NCBI GenBank assembly: GCA_001001485.1
Contig: LCKO01000010.1
Location: 1-58,386, forward strand
DNA length: 58,386 nucleotides
From: Candidatus Collierbacteria bacterium GW2011_GWB2_45_17
GTDB lineage: Bacteria > Patescibacteriota > Microgenomatia > UBA1400 > MFAQ01
Direction: 5' to 3'
The translations under genes were made by a program, and so were the position numbers. The notes beneath the pieces are model-generated. The model saw nothing but the letters and a program-made list of their open reading frames with translations, ran no database searches and had not been told where the DNA came from. Positions 1 through 7,265 of this stretch are shown piece by piece (positions within the stretch are counted from its first letter, which is position 1; each line of letters opens with the position of its first letter).

Positions 1-175
1 TCTCATGAGAAGAAGGCCTGCATCGCTGGTCGAGGCAGGCCAAAAGGAAACCCCGTACAACGCCAAGCTGAAAGCTTGCTGTGCGGGGAGGACGTCATTG
101 TTGACTTGTAATAAAACTCCCATTGCTGTTCTAGTTTGTTATAATGGTGGTGTTGTTAATTTATCTAAAGAAAAA

Positions 176-610
176 ATGGAAATAACAAACCTTGATCTAG
201 GGATTTTTGAGAAATTAGGTGTAGGAGAGTTAAGTAGAAAACTGGAAGCCATAGATGCGGGGAGGCAAGCGATGAAAGAGGATTATTTTACAAAAAGACA
301 GACGATATTTGACGCTTCGGGAGAACATCAGGATGAATATCGTGAGATAGAAAAGAGAATAAGTGAAAACATAGAGGGACTGAATTTACTCAACCCACAT
401 AGAGATCCTTTTTTAATGGAAGACAGCTATGAATATTTTGTGGATTATGATCTTCTTGATAAATTGGAGAACAAGATAATTGATGGGTGTGGCGATAAAG
501 CGTTCCAACAAATGCATCGAACATGGGAGATGCTGGGTCACTTTAGAGAGAGGCTCGACTATGCCGTTTTTAAGAAAAAAATGGCTGAGATGGGTGGGGA
601 ATTAGATTAA
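176..610 (+). CDS. hypothetical protein (ORF track 5..610; plausible start ATG 176)
   Basis: Open frame 5..610. First ATG is at 176 (MEITNLDLG...), downstream of a TATAAT-like box at about 140-146. Acidic, helical-looking, no recognisable motif. Confidence 0.4.
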   Translation: MEITNLDLGIFEKLGVGELSRKLEAIDAGRQAMKEDYFTKRQTIFDASGEHQDEYREIEKRISENIEGLNLLNPHRDPFLMEDSYEYFVDYDLLDKLENKIIDGCGDKAFQQMHRTWEMLGHFRERLDYAVFKKKMAEMGGELD

Positions 611-631
611 GGAGTAAGTGCAGATCTCCCG

Positions 632-654
632 CCTGCGAGGACAGTCCTCGCAGG
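632..654. repeat. REP-B palindrome copy
   Basis: Perfect 23-nt palindrome CCTGCGAGGACAGTCCTCGCAGG (11-bp arms, 1-nt centre). Confidence 0.9.
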
Positions 655-660
655 GGGCGG

Positions 661-684
661 TACTTCAAGGAGACTCCTTTAAGT
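661..684. repeat. REP-D palindrome copy
   Basis: TACTTCAAGGAGACTCCTTTAAGT, an imperfect palindrome. Related copies at 2190-2213 and 42199-42220. Confidence 0.7.
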
Positions 685-702
685 TTAAATTGTCAGTCTT
701 TT

Positions 703-818
703 TCCTGTCCGGTGATTTGTGCGACTTGGAACCACCTCTTCCCATTTCGAACAGAGAAGTGAAACAGGTCAGCGTCGATGATAGTGATTGGGCAACTGAT
801 TGCGCCTGCGAGGACAGT
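703..818 (+). rRNA. rrf: 5S ribosomal RNA (3' boundary uncertain)
   Basis: Contains the bacterial 5S signature blocks CCCATTTCGAACAGAGAAGTGAAAC (cf. CCCATGCCGAACTCAGAAGTGAAAC) and GTCGATGATAGTG (cf. GCCGATGGTAGTG). Helix II GACTTG/CAGGTC pairs, and 5' CTGTCC (705-710) pairs with GGACAG (812-817). Helix I is only about 6 bp because the 3' end runs into a REP-B copy. Confidence 0.65.
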
Positions 819-827
819 CCTCGCAGG
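805..827. repeat. REP-B palindrome copy overlapping the 3' end of 5S rRNA
   Basis: Perfect CCTGCGAGGACAGTCCTCGCAGG. Its left arm supplies the GGACAG that closes 5S helix I. Confidence 0.9.
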
Positions 828-888
828 AGGTTCTTGAAGGTTGTCATCTTCGCGAATGCGGGGATCCATTTTTATTCGGAACTAATTT

Positions 889-933
889 GTATAGATTCCG
901 GGTCAAGGCCTGCCTACCGGCAGGCAGGGATGT
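889..933 (+). repeat. G-type hairpin element
   Basis: TGTATAGATTCCGGGTC..GGCCTGCCTACCGGCAGGCAGGGATG. It has the TATAGATTCC 5' end shared with copies at 8794 and 57906, and an internal hairpin. Confidence 0.5.
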
Positions 934-993
934 GTACCAAATGGGATATTGACTTGACAAATAGTTAAGCTTTATGTATAGTGTATATTACAT

Positions 994-2172
994 ATGGTAT
1001 ACAAACGTAAAATATATCAAGATCTTTTGGCTCACGCTCAAACTCCAATGGTGACGGTTTTAACCGGCATGAGGAGAACGGGCAAGACAACTTTGATTAC
1101 CCAACTTTTGAAGGATTTGCGAAACAAAAACTCTATTTTTCTGGATTTGCAACGCCCGGACAATAGGGAGCTGTTTGAACAGAAAAACTATGACAGTATT
1201 TACGAGGTTTTGGTGGCCAGAGGCATGTCTAAAGACAGTCCGATGGTGGTGGCTTTGGATGAAATCCAATTAGCTCCCGAGTGTCCCAGTGCCATTAAAT
1301 ATTTATTGGATCACAAAGGCATCAAGTTTATTGTCACCGGTTCGAGCTCGTATTACTTGAAAAATTTGTTTACCGAGTCTTTAGCTGGGAGAAAGAAAGT
1401 GTTTGAGTTATTTCCGTTGGACTTTGGGGAGTTTTTACTGTTTAAAGAAATAAAATCGGTGGCGACGGACTGGCAAAAAAAGCATTTTGATAAGGACGAG
1501 TACAATAGGTTAACGGCCTACTATGAAGAATTTATTAAGTTTGGGGGTTTTCCTCAAGTGGTTTTGGCAGAGACAGACGCGATGAAGAAAGATATATTGC
1601 TCGATATTATGTCTTCGTATGTAAATATTGACGTCAGATCATTGGCAGACTTTGCTGATGAGAGAAATCTGTTTGCTTTGGCAAAGCTGTTGGCTACCAG
1701 AGTGGGGAATAGGATTGAGTACAACACTTTGGCAAAATTAATCGGACTGTCTAGACACACCGTGAAAAACTACATCACTTTTTTTGAGAAAACCTATCTG
1801 GTACATACGGTGCCGGTATATACCAACAACGTGGGTCGGGAGATTGTGAAAGCAAGGAAATTGTATTTTTGTGATACCGGTTTGGCTAATACTTTAGCGG
1901 AAATATCCAGTGGGGTGCAGTTTGAAAATACGGTATACAACCAGATAATAAAACAAGGTACGGTACAGTATTATGCTTTGAAAACCGGTAATGAGATTGA
2001 TTTTGTCATGGATGGAAAGCTGGCTATCGAAACCAAGGAAACGCCAACCGATGGCGATTTGATGATTCTGACACGCTTGTCGGAGACGGCCGGCTTAAAA
2101 GAGGTGAAATTGGTATCCAGAAACCGGTCTCCTCGATTTGAGAATTATGTTTGGGGTGGGTCGATACAGTAA
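994..2172 (+). CDS. AAA+ ATPase (AAA_14 / DUF4143-type ATP-binding protein)
   Basis: 392 aa. Walker A GMRRTGKTTL, Walker B VVALDEIQ, and a C-terminal region typical of DUF4143-containing ATPases. Confidence 0.85.
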   Translation: MVYKRKIYQDLLAHAQTPMVTVLTGMRRTGKTTLITQLLKDLRNKNSIFLDLQRPDNRELFEQKNYDSIYEVLVARGMSKDSPMVVALDEIQLAPECPSAIKYLLDHKGIKFIVTGSSSYYLKNLFTESLAGRKKVFELFPLDFGEFLLFKEIKSVATDWQKKHFDKDEYNRLTAYYEEFIKFGGFPQVVLAETDAMKKDILLDIMSSYVNIDVRSLADFADERNLFALAKLLATRVGNRIEYNTLAKLIGLSRHTVKNYITFFEKTYLVHTVPVYTNNVGREIVKARKLYFCDTGLANTLAEISSGVQFENTVYNQIIKQGTVQYYALKTGNEIDFVMDGKLAIETKETPTDGDLMILTRLSETAGLKEVKLVSRNRSPRFENYVWGGSIQ

Positions 2173-2189
2173 ACAGGCCAGCGTCGATG
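2171..2189 (+). repeat. 19-nt duplicate of an internal 5S rRNA segment
   Basis: AAACAGGCCAGCGTCGATG versus 5S positions 762-780 AAACAGGTCAGCGTCGATG (18/19). It lies immediately after the ATPase stop codon and abuts a REP-D copy. Confidence 0.6.
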
Positions 2190-2213
2190 TACTTCAAGGA
2201 GTCTCCTTGAAGT
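2190..2213. repeat. REP-D palindrome copy
   Basis: TACTTCAAGGAGTCTCCTTGAAGT, a near-perfect palindrome. Confidence 0.75.
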
Positions 2214-2237
2214 GAGTGAAGCGGGCTTGAAGTGTGT

Positions 2238-2262
2238 AAAAAAACTCCGGCGTGAACCGGAG
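2238..2262 (-). terminator. rho-independent terminator for 2290..2778
   Basis: CTCCGG-CGTGAA-CCGGAG hairpin. On the minus strand it is followed by a T7 run (plus-strand AAAAAAA 2238-2244). Confidence 0.6.
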
Positions 2263-2289
2263 GGGTATGAAAAATCTATCTTAATTTGT

Positions 2290-2778
2290 CTAGTCGGGAA
2301 TTACTTTGTCTAGCCAGGCCAAAAAACCGACGGAAAATATCCAGAAAATAAACCCAAAGACGGCTCCGAGAATGACATTCAAACCCTTTTCAAAAAAGTT
2401 AGGTGTGGAAATGAAGGTAGATGTTTCGAGACTGAAGATCTCGGGAGAGCTGTTGGAGACTGTCCAGCTACCGGTCATGGGGTAATCCCTGATCCAGTAC
2501 AGACCGCTGTTTTCACCAATAGTTGGTTCTTCGTAGACGGATTGTTTAACGATGTCACCCTGGCTTAACTCAAAGTAGTTGGAGCTTTTGAGAGAAAAAG
2601 TGCCTTCAAGAGAGCGAGATAGGGTGTAGCCTGAGGTCCAGAAATAGGTTTGGTTTGGACCAACTTCAATCTGTTTTGGCGTATTGGCGGACGAGACGAC
2701 TTTGTAAGGAACAATGATGCTTGCGAATGTAAAAAGGACAAAGAGGCTGATCGAAAAGGTAGTTTTCATCATGGTCAA
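2290..2778 (-). CDS. hypothetical secreted/membrane protein
   Basis: 162 aa. N-terminal signal/TM segment (FSISLFVLFTFASIIV) and C-terminal TM segment (LGAVFGFIFWIFSVGFLAWL). Confidence 0.6.
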   Translation of the reverse strand: MTMMKTTFSISLFVLFTFASIIVPYKVVSSANTPKQIEVGPNQTYFWTSGYTLSRSLEGTFSLKSSNYFELSQGDIVKQSVYEEPTIGENSGLYWIRDYPMTGSWTVSNSSPEIFSLETSTFISTPNFFEKGLNVILGAVFGFIFWIFSVGFLAWLDKVIPD

Positions 2779-2926
2779 AACTCCTGAATAATGGATTTTA
2801 AGGGGCGAACTGGGCTATTGTACCATGGGAGACGGGTTGGTCACGCCCAACCCCTACACCAGCTATACAGGCGTATTTTGTGGTAGAATAAACGAGTCTA
2901 AAAGACAGGAAAGGAATTTATGATCA

Positions 2927-4051
2927 ATGAAAAAAACTCAGAAACTGGAGGAAGTAGGTAAGAAGCTAATATCCGTCATGGACAGGCTAATGGAGGGAGC
3001 CGCCGGCTTCCCCGGAGCCTTGAAGAGAAACCAGAAAGTTGAGGGTACGATAACCGCCATCAGTAAGAAGATGGTGCTGATTGATATTGGAGCCAAGACC
3101 GAAGGAATGGTGTCCGGTGAAGACCTGGCCGAAGCCTACGATGTTCTCAAAGAAATCAAAGAGGGTGACAAAATAAGCGCTTACGTCAAGTTTCCAGAGA
3201 ATGACCAGGGGCAGATAATTCTGACTCTCAAGCAAGCGGCTGACGAAAACCGCTGGTACAAGTACAAGAAGATCATGGAGGAAGAGAAAGAAGTGGACGT
3301 CATGGGACTCGAAGTGAATAAGGGTGGTATGGTGGTCAAGATTGGCGAGATCCGTGGCTTTGTTCCGACGTCCCAGTTTGGGGAAAGGTTCCTCGGAAAC
3401 ATGGACACTCTCTTGAACAAAACCTTTAAAGTACGCGTTATCGAGGTAGATAAAGATCAAAATAGACTGATTTTTTCCGAAAAATTGGTGTCCGACTTCG
3501 AGGCTCTGGCTAAGAAGGGTGTGGCTTTGGAGCTGGTCAATGCCGGAGATAAATTTGAAGGAACCGTTTCGGGGATTATGCCTTTTGGAGTTTTTGTGAC
3601 CGTCAATGTCCCGATGAAGGAAAAGAACGAAGCGGCCAAGGTCGAAGGATTGATTCATATCTCCGAGATCTCTTGGGAAAAAGTGGAAGACCCGAATGTT
3701 ATGTTTAAAGTTGGTCAGGAAGTCCACGTCCAAGTTATCGGAATTGATAAAGGAGCGGGTAAACTGAACCTTTCCATCAAACAGATGTCCGGCGACCCAT
3801 GGTCCAAGATAGAGACAGACTATGCCATTGGAACCAAACATTCGGGCAAGGTGGTGCGCCTGGCTCCCTACGGAATCTTTGTCAACTTTGATAAAGGAGT
3901 CGATGGTTTGATCCATATTTCCAAGAAGCCGGCCGATAAAGAGTTTAAGATGGGGGACGCGGTGGAAGTGTTTGTCGAAAACCTGGATGTCAAGGCGCGA
4001 CGGATGTCGCTTGGAGTAGTGCTGACTGAGGTGCCGGTGGCATACAAGTAA
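2927..4051 (+). CDS. rpsA: 30S ribosomal protein S1 (short, four S1 domains)
   Basis: 374 aa with four S1/OB repeats, e.g. VEGTITAISKKMVLIDIG, GMVVKIGEIRGFVPTSQ, FEGTVSGIMPFGVFV...GLIHISE, HSGKVVRLAPYGIFVNF..GLIHISK. Confidence 0.85.
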   Translation: MKKTQKLEEVGKKLISVMDRLMEGAAGFPGALKRNQKVEGTITAISKKMVLIDIGAKTEGMVSGEDLAEAYDVLKEIKEGDKISAYVKFPENDQGQIILTLKQAADENRWYKYKKIMEEEKEVDVMGLEVNKGGMVVKIGEIRGFVPTSQFGERFLGNMDTLLNKTFKVRVIEVDKDQNRLIFSEKLVSDFEALAKKGVALELVNAGDKFEGTVSGIMPFGVFVTVNVPMKEKNEAAKVEGLIHISEISWEKVEDPNVMFKVGQEVHVQVIGIDKGAGKLNLSIKQMSGDPWSKIETDYAIGTKHSGKVVRLAPYGIFVNFDKGVDGLIHISKKPADKEFKMGDAVEVFVENLDVKARRMSLGVVLTEVPVAYK

Positions 4052-4070
4052 TCAATATATAATCTAAAAT

Positions 4071-4223
4071 ATGGCAAAAACAAAAATGATAGTAAAAGAA
4101 GATCAGATACTGGTAGATGTAGAAATGATCTTTAAAGAAATTGAAGCGGCTAATGGGGATTGGAAAAAAGTTTGGGAAGAGTTTAAAGCCTACCTAAAAG
4201 ACGTGAAGGGCGAAGAAAAATAA
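4071..4223 (+). CDS. possible small protein (50 aa)
   Basis: ATG 4071 to TAA 4221-4223, MAKTKMIVKEDQILVDVEMIFKEIEAANGDWKKVWEEFKAYLKDVKGEEK. It fills the rpsA-methyltransferase gap. Below the ORF-track size cutoff, no homology recognised. Confidence 0.3.
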   Translation: MAKTKMIVKEDQILVDVEMIFKEIEAANGDWKKVWEEFKAYLKDVKGEEK

Positions 4224-4227
4224 TCAA

Positions 4228-4782
4228 ATGGAAGCCGCACCTTCTACTATTATAGGGGAAGCTGTTCGTACGTATAGCGAAAGGGATAATAGGGTTCCGG
4301 GGGAAGTGACAAAAGAGGTGTTAGATTTTTTGGGACAGAGATATTCTAAAAGCAGTCCTTACGAAAAAAGAGTTTTGGAACTTGGGGTGGGGGCAGGATC
4401 GATAATGACATTTTTGAGGGAGAAATTTGGGGAAAAGGTTTTTGGGATGGATATCAGAGATAAATTGATTCGTGACGAAAAGATAATGAATCACTTATTG
4501 GCCGGTGATATTCTGAATATGCCTATAGCATCAAATTCGGTGGACGTGGTGGTTTCCATGCATAAATACGAATCACATGATCTGGAAAATATTCTGAGGG
4601 AAATAGAGAGAATTTTAAACTTTGGTGGAGAGGCGACTTTGGTGATACCTAGAACCGGTAAAAAAGGAGAACCGGCAGTGGGGTTACCGGGAGAAACAAA
4701 ACTAGGGGTAGATGGATTTAAAGAAATTTCTGTTCCGGGTGAAGTTGGTGACGCTTGGATAATCACCCTGAAGAAGAAGTGA
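4228..4782 (+). CDS. class I SAM-dependent methyltransferase
   Basis: 184 aa. Motif I VLELGVGAGS, and the post-I acidic residue in FGMDI. Confidence 0.7.
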   Translation: MEAAPSTIIGEAVRTYSERDNRVPGEVTKEVLDFLGQRYSKSSPYEKRVLELGVGAGSIMTFLREKFGEKVFGMDIRDKLIRDEKIMNHLLAGDILNMPIASNSVDVVVSMHKYESHDLENILREIERILNFGGEATLVIPRTGKKGEPAVGLPGETKLGVDGFKEISVPGEVGDAWIITLKKK

Positions 4783-4805
4783 CCTGCAGGGCCAGGCCCT
4801 GCAGG
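4783..4805. repeat. REP-A palindrome copy
   Basis: Perfect CCTGCAGGGCCAGGCCCTGCAGG, starting directly after the TGA stop of the methyltransferase. Confidence 0.9.
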
Positions 4806-4834
4806 TAAAAATTTGACAAAAGGCGTTTGGATGT

Positions 4835-5545
4835 GTGAAGATGGTGGATATGGATGAAAATACGGGTATAACAAACGATCAGGCGACGACATGGGCGCAG
4901 GATAATAAAACGATCATGGCACCTGAAGGATCGGTGGATCAGGGCAGAATTGCCGACTCCCCGACTGCTCAAAGAATGGCTAATTTTGAAAACATTACTC
5001 ATGACCCAAATGCTACCGATACAGATAAGGAATTAGCGACCAAAGCCGAATCAACAATAGAGGCCGTAGCAGAAGTGGACGCCAGTGGCCTTACTTCAGA
5101 GCAAAAGAAATTTGTAGAGGCGATTGAGAGTGTCAATGAGCGCCATCCTGGTGTTTTAGAGGTAGAGGTTGAGGAAAATCAAAAGTTTTGGAAAATCAAG
5201 AATTACAAGACTCATGAAATGATGTTTTTTTCTAAAAATGGTGTTTATAATATCAATTTGGAAAAAAACACTGACGATATAAATATATTAAGTCTTACAA
5301 AAATAACAGATCAGCTTGATATGGTTCCAGAAAAACACATGCGGTTTATTTCCGGAAGTGTCTCCAAAGATCTAACGGTTTATAACATGGGTTTCAGTTT
5401 GAATGCGGTGAAGCTTAATCTTGACGATGAGAACGAAAAAAGGTGGCTTTCAAATGCCATTGCTCTTGGAGATAATTTGGTTAGAGAAGAGGCTGAAGAA
5501 ACTCAAAAGGTAGGTGCCTCAGTTGATGTGCTTAATGCGCTATAA
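4835..5545 (+). CDS. hypothetical protein
   Basis: 236-aa ORF (GTG 4835; alternative ATGs at 4841 and 4850). No motif recognised. Confidence 0.5.
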   Translation: MKMVDMDENTGITNDQATTWAQDNKTIMAPEGSVDQGRIADSPTAQRMANFENITHDPNATDTDKELATKAESTIEAVAEVDASGLTSEQKKFVEAIESVNERHPGVLEVEVEENQKFWKIKNYKTHEMMFFSKNGVYNINLEKNTDDINILSLTKITDQLDMVPEKHMRFISGSVSKDLTVYNMGFSLNAVKLNLDDENEKRWLSNAIALGDNLVREEAEETQKVGASVDVLNAL

Positions 5546-5595
5546 AGTTAATTAACAGATATTGTAGTCGAGGCGGCGGAGGGTGAAGGTGATAT

Positions 5596-5760
5596 TTATA
5601 TAGATTCCCGCTTTAGCAGAGATTTATTTTTGTAATAAGTTTTATGGATGGCGGCTAGAACGAGATCACTAATGGTTAGGTTTGTTTCTTTGGCTAGATT
5701 TTCAAGTAGTTTTCTATCCGTTTCGGTTTGACGGAAAGTGATGTGGTGTTTGGCAGACAT
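5596..5760 (-). CDS. ribbon-helix-helix (CopG/Arc-like) DNA-binding protein, orphan antitoxin-like
   Basis: 54 aa, not in the ORF track: MSAKHHITFRQTETDRKLLENLAKETNLTISDLVLAAIHKTYYKNKSLLKRESI. The beta-strand plus two-helix RHH pattern is present. Confidence 0.5.
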   Translation of the reverse strand: MSAKHHITFRQTETDRKLLENLAKETNLTISDLVLAAIHKTYYKNKSLLKRESI

Positions 5761-5800
5761 ATTTAAATAATACCACTTGGTGAATAATTTTTATTTTTTG

Positions 5801-5888
5801 GATTGCCACAGCATTGTATAGATTGCCGCGTCGTGCGGGTTTGATAAATCAAACCCCTACTCTTCGCAATGACGCATACGCAATGACG
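5801..5888 (+). repeat. E-type hairpin elements (tandem/partial copies)
   Basis: GATTGCCACAGC..TATAGATTGCCGCGTCGTGCGGG..CTCTTCGCAATGACGCATACGCAATGACG, with the conserved GATTGCC and CGCAATGACG termini of family E. Confidence 0.7.
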
Positions 5889-5903
5889 AGCCGTAGGTCT
5901 GTG

Positions 5904-5916
5904 CTACAATATGTAG
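5904..5916. promoter_or_regulatory. candidate BlaI/CopY-type operator overlapping the -10 box of the first repressor gene
   Basis: Inverted repeat CTACA-ATA-TGTAG contains the TACA/TGTA half-sites typical of BlaI/MecI/CopY operators. TACAAT at 5905-5910 is a -10 box only about 10 nt from ATG 5920. Confidence 0.4.
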
Positions 5917-5919
5917 TAT

Positions 5920-6288
5920 ATGAAAAGCAAACTGTTTGGACCCCTTGAAGAACAGGTGATGAACATCCTTTGGAAAGCTAAAAAACCTCTTAAACCGCAA
6001 GAAGTTCTGGGAAAATTGACCGGAGATCATGCCTATACCACGATCATGACGGTGCTTAAGAGAATGGCTGATAAGAAGATATTAAAAAGGAAGATGTGCG
6101 GAAAGGCTTTTGAGTACTGCCCGTGCGTGGAAAGGGAAATTTTTGTAAGGAAAAATTTATCGGTTATTTATGGAAGTTTGGTTAAAGACTTTGGAGGTCT
6201 GGCCATTTCTCAGTTTGTAGACGGGCTAAAAAAGAACAAGGAAGACATGAAGCTACTGAAGAGGTATATTGAAAGTAAGTCTAAATGA
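5920..6288 (+). CDS. BlaI/MecI/CopY-family winged-helix transcriptional repressor (copy 1)
   Basis: 122 aa. LEEQVMNILWK...PQEVLGKL....AYTTIMTVLKRMADKKILKRK matches the penicillinase-repressor family fold. Unusual Cys cluster MCGKAFEYCPCV in the wing. Confidence 0.8.
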   Translation: MKSKLFGPLEEQVMNILWKAKKPLKPQEVLGKLTGDHAYTTIMTVLKRMADKKILKRKMCGKAFEYCPCVEREIFVRKNLSVIYGSLVKDFGGLAISQFVDGLKKNKEDMKLLKRYIESKSK

Positions 6289-7178
6289 ATTACCGAGTCT
6301 TAAACAAGTTGACCTCGTTATATTTTGTGGCTGTGATGGCTATCGGTGTCATATATTTGGCCTTGATATGGTGGGTGTTTGTCAAAACCGTTCCGGGAAC
6401 GACAATGCTTTTAATCTATTTTTTGGATTCAAAAAGATATGGATACGACTTGGCGAGTATTGGAGATATGCCTTGGCTGTGGGCGAGCCTTGGACTTTGG
6501 CTTTTGAGCTTGGTGTGGTTATGGAAGGCGCTGGTGGCGGGGATAAAAACCGTTCGGAAAATAATGAGTACCGAGAAGTATGTGAACGGTCTGAAACTGC
6601 TTTCGCGGACAGGAAATAAAGTTCGTTTTGATTCTGCTTCGGGAGAGATTTTTACCGCCGGAATGCTACACCCAACAATATATCTGGCTAGCGGGCTAAA
6701 CAAAACGCACAGTAACCGAGAGATACAAGCCATGATAGCGCACGAAGAAAATCATGTCAGAATGAAAGATCCGCTCAGAACTACCCTGGCGATGATGGTG
6801 GAGAAGGGCTTGCCGAGTTTCCCGATGAAAGAAAAAATGTTCCGGTATTTTATGACATTGACTGAACTATGCGCCGATAAGTCGGCCGAAGAAAGTCTGG
6901 CGGATGGTTTGCCCCTGATCACCGCCCTGTACAAAAAGCTACAGTTGTCCAATCGGAGTCTTTCGGCCGGAATTAATTATTTTAGCAGTCAAAGTGAAAG
7001 AATCGGTATTTTGGTGGGGAAAAAGAAACTTAACTGGGGGATGAATATGAGGTTGACGTCCGGAGTGATGGTGGGGTTACTGGTTTTTACTTACGTAATT
7101 ATCAAGTCGAATTTTTATAGTTGTCCCCATCTGTCTTTGTGTTTGTCGGCGCTAACCTCGGTATTGAAGATACATTAA
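6285..7178 (+). CDS. BlaR1/MecR1-like M56 metallopeptidase, no penicillin-binding sensor domain (copy 1)
   Basis: 297 aa. Multi-TM N-terminus and HEXXH zinc motif in MIAHEENHVRMKDP. Overlaps the repressor stop by 4 nt (operon). Confidence 0.75.
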   Translation: MNYRVLNKLTSLYFVAVMAIGVIYLALIWWVFVKTVPGTTMLLIYFLDSKRYGYDLASIGDMPWLWASLGLWLLSLVWLWKALVAGIKTVRKIMSTEKYVNGLKLLSRTGNKVRFDSASGEIFTAGMLHPTIYLASGLNKTHSNREIQAMIAHEENHVRMKDPLRTTLAMMVEKGLPSFPMKEKMFRYFMTLTELCADKSAEESLADGLPLITALYKKLQLSNRSLSAGINYFSSQSERIGILVGKKKLNWGMNMRLTSGVMVGLLVFTYVIIKSNFYSCPHLSLCLSALTSVLKIH

Positions 7179-7180
7179 CT

Positions 7181-7214
7181 GGAGTGAGATCCCTCGACTA
7201 CGCTCGGGATGACG
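7181..7214 (+). repeat. F-type hairpin element
   Basis: GGAGTGAGATCCCTCGACTACGCTCGGGATGACG. Same family at 21247, 39871 (inverted), 39920 and 40391. Confidence 0.75.
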
Positions 7215-7229
7215 AGGACGAGATGGGGC

Positions 7230-7265
7230 TTGACAGGGATTGGATAACCCACTACACTACGTAGT
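7230..7265 (+). promoter_or_regulatory. sigma70-like promoter plus palindromic operator candidate, apparently leaderless
   Basis: TTGACA 7230-7235, 17-nt spacer, TACACT 7253-7258. Perfect palindrome ACTACGTAGT at 7256-7265 abuts ATG 7266. The GTAGTAT(AT)G string is shared with the 5911-5922 region. Confidence 0.5.

Noticed and set aside
618-968. 116-aa ORF (GTG start) and antisense ORF 665..847
   Set aside because: They span the 5S rRNA gene and two REP-B palindromes. The translation is repeat-derived (LRGQSSQ, CEDSPRR).
2987-3916. 309-aa minus-strand ORF, plus smaller ones at 3181-3420, 3457-3639 and 3868-4083
   Set aside because: They lie entirely antisense to rpsA, whose four S1 domains are unambiguous. 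They are shadow ORFs with no motifs.
6269-6619. 116-aa plus-strand ORF overlapping the start of the BlaR1-like gene
   Set aside because: It is an alternative frame of the TM-rich M56 peptidase gene, and the peptidase frame carries the HEXXH motif.
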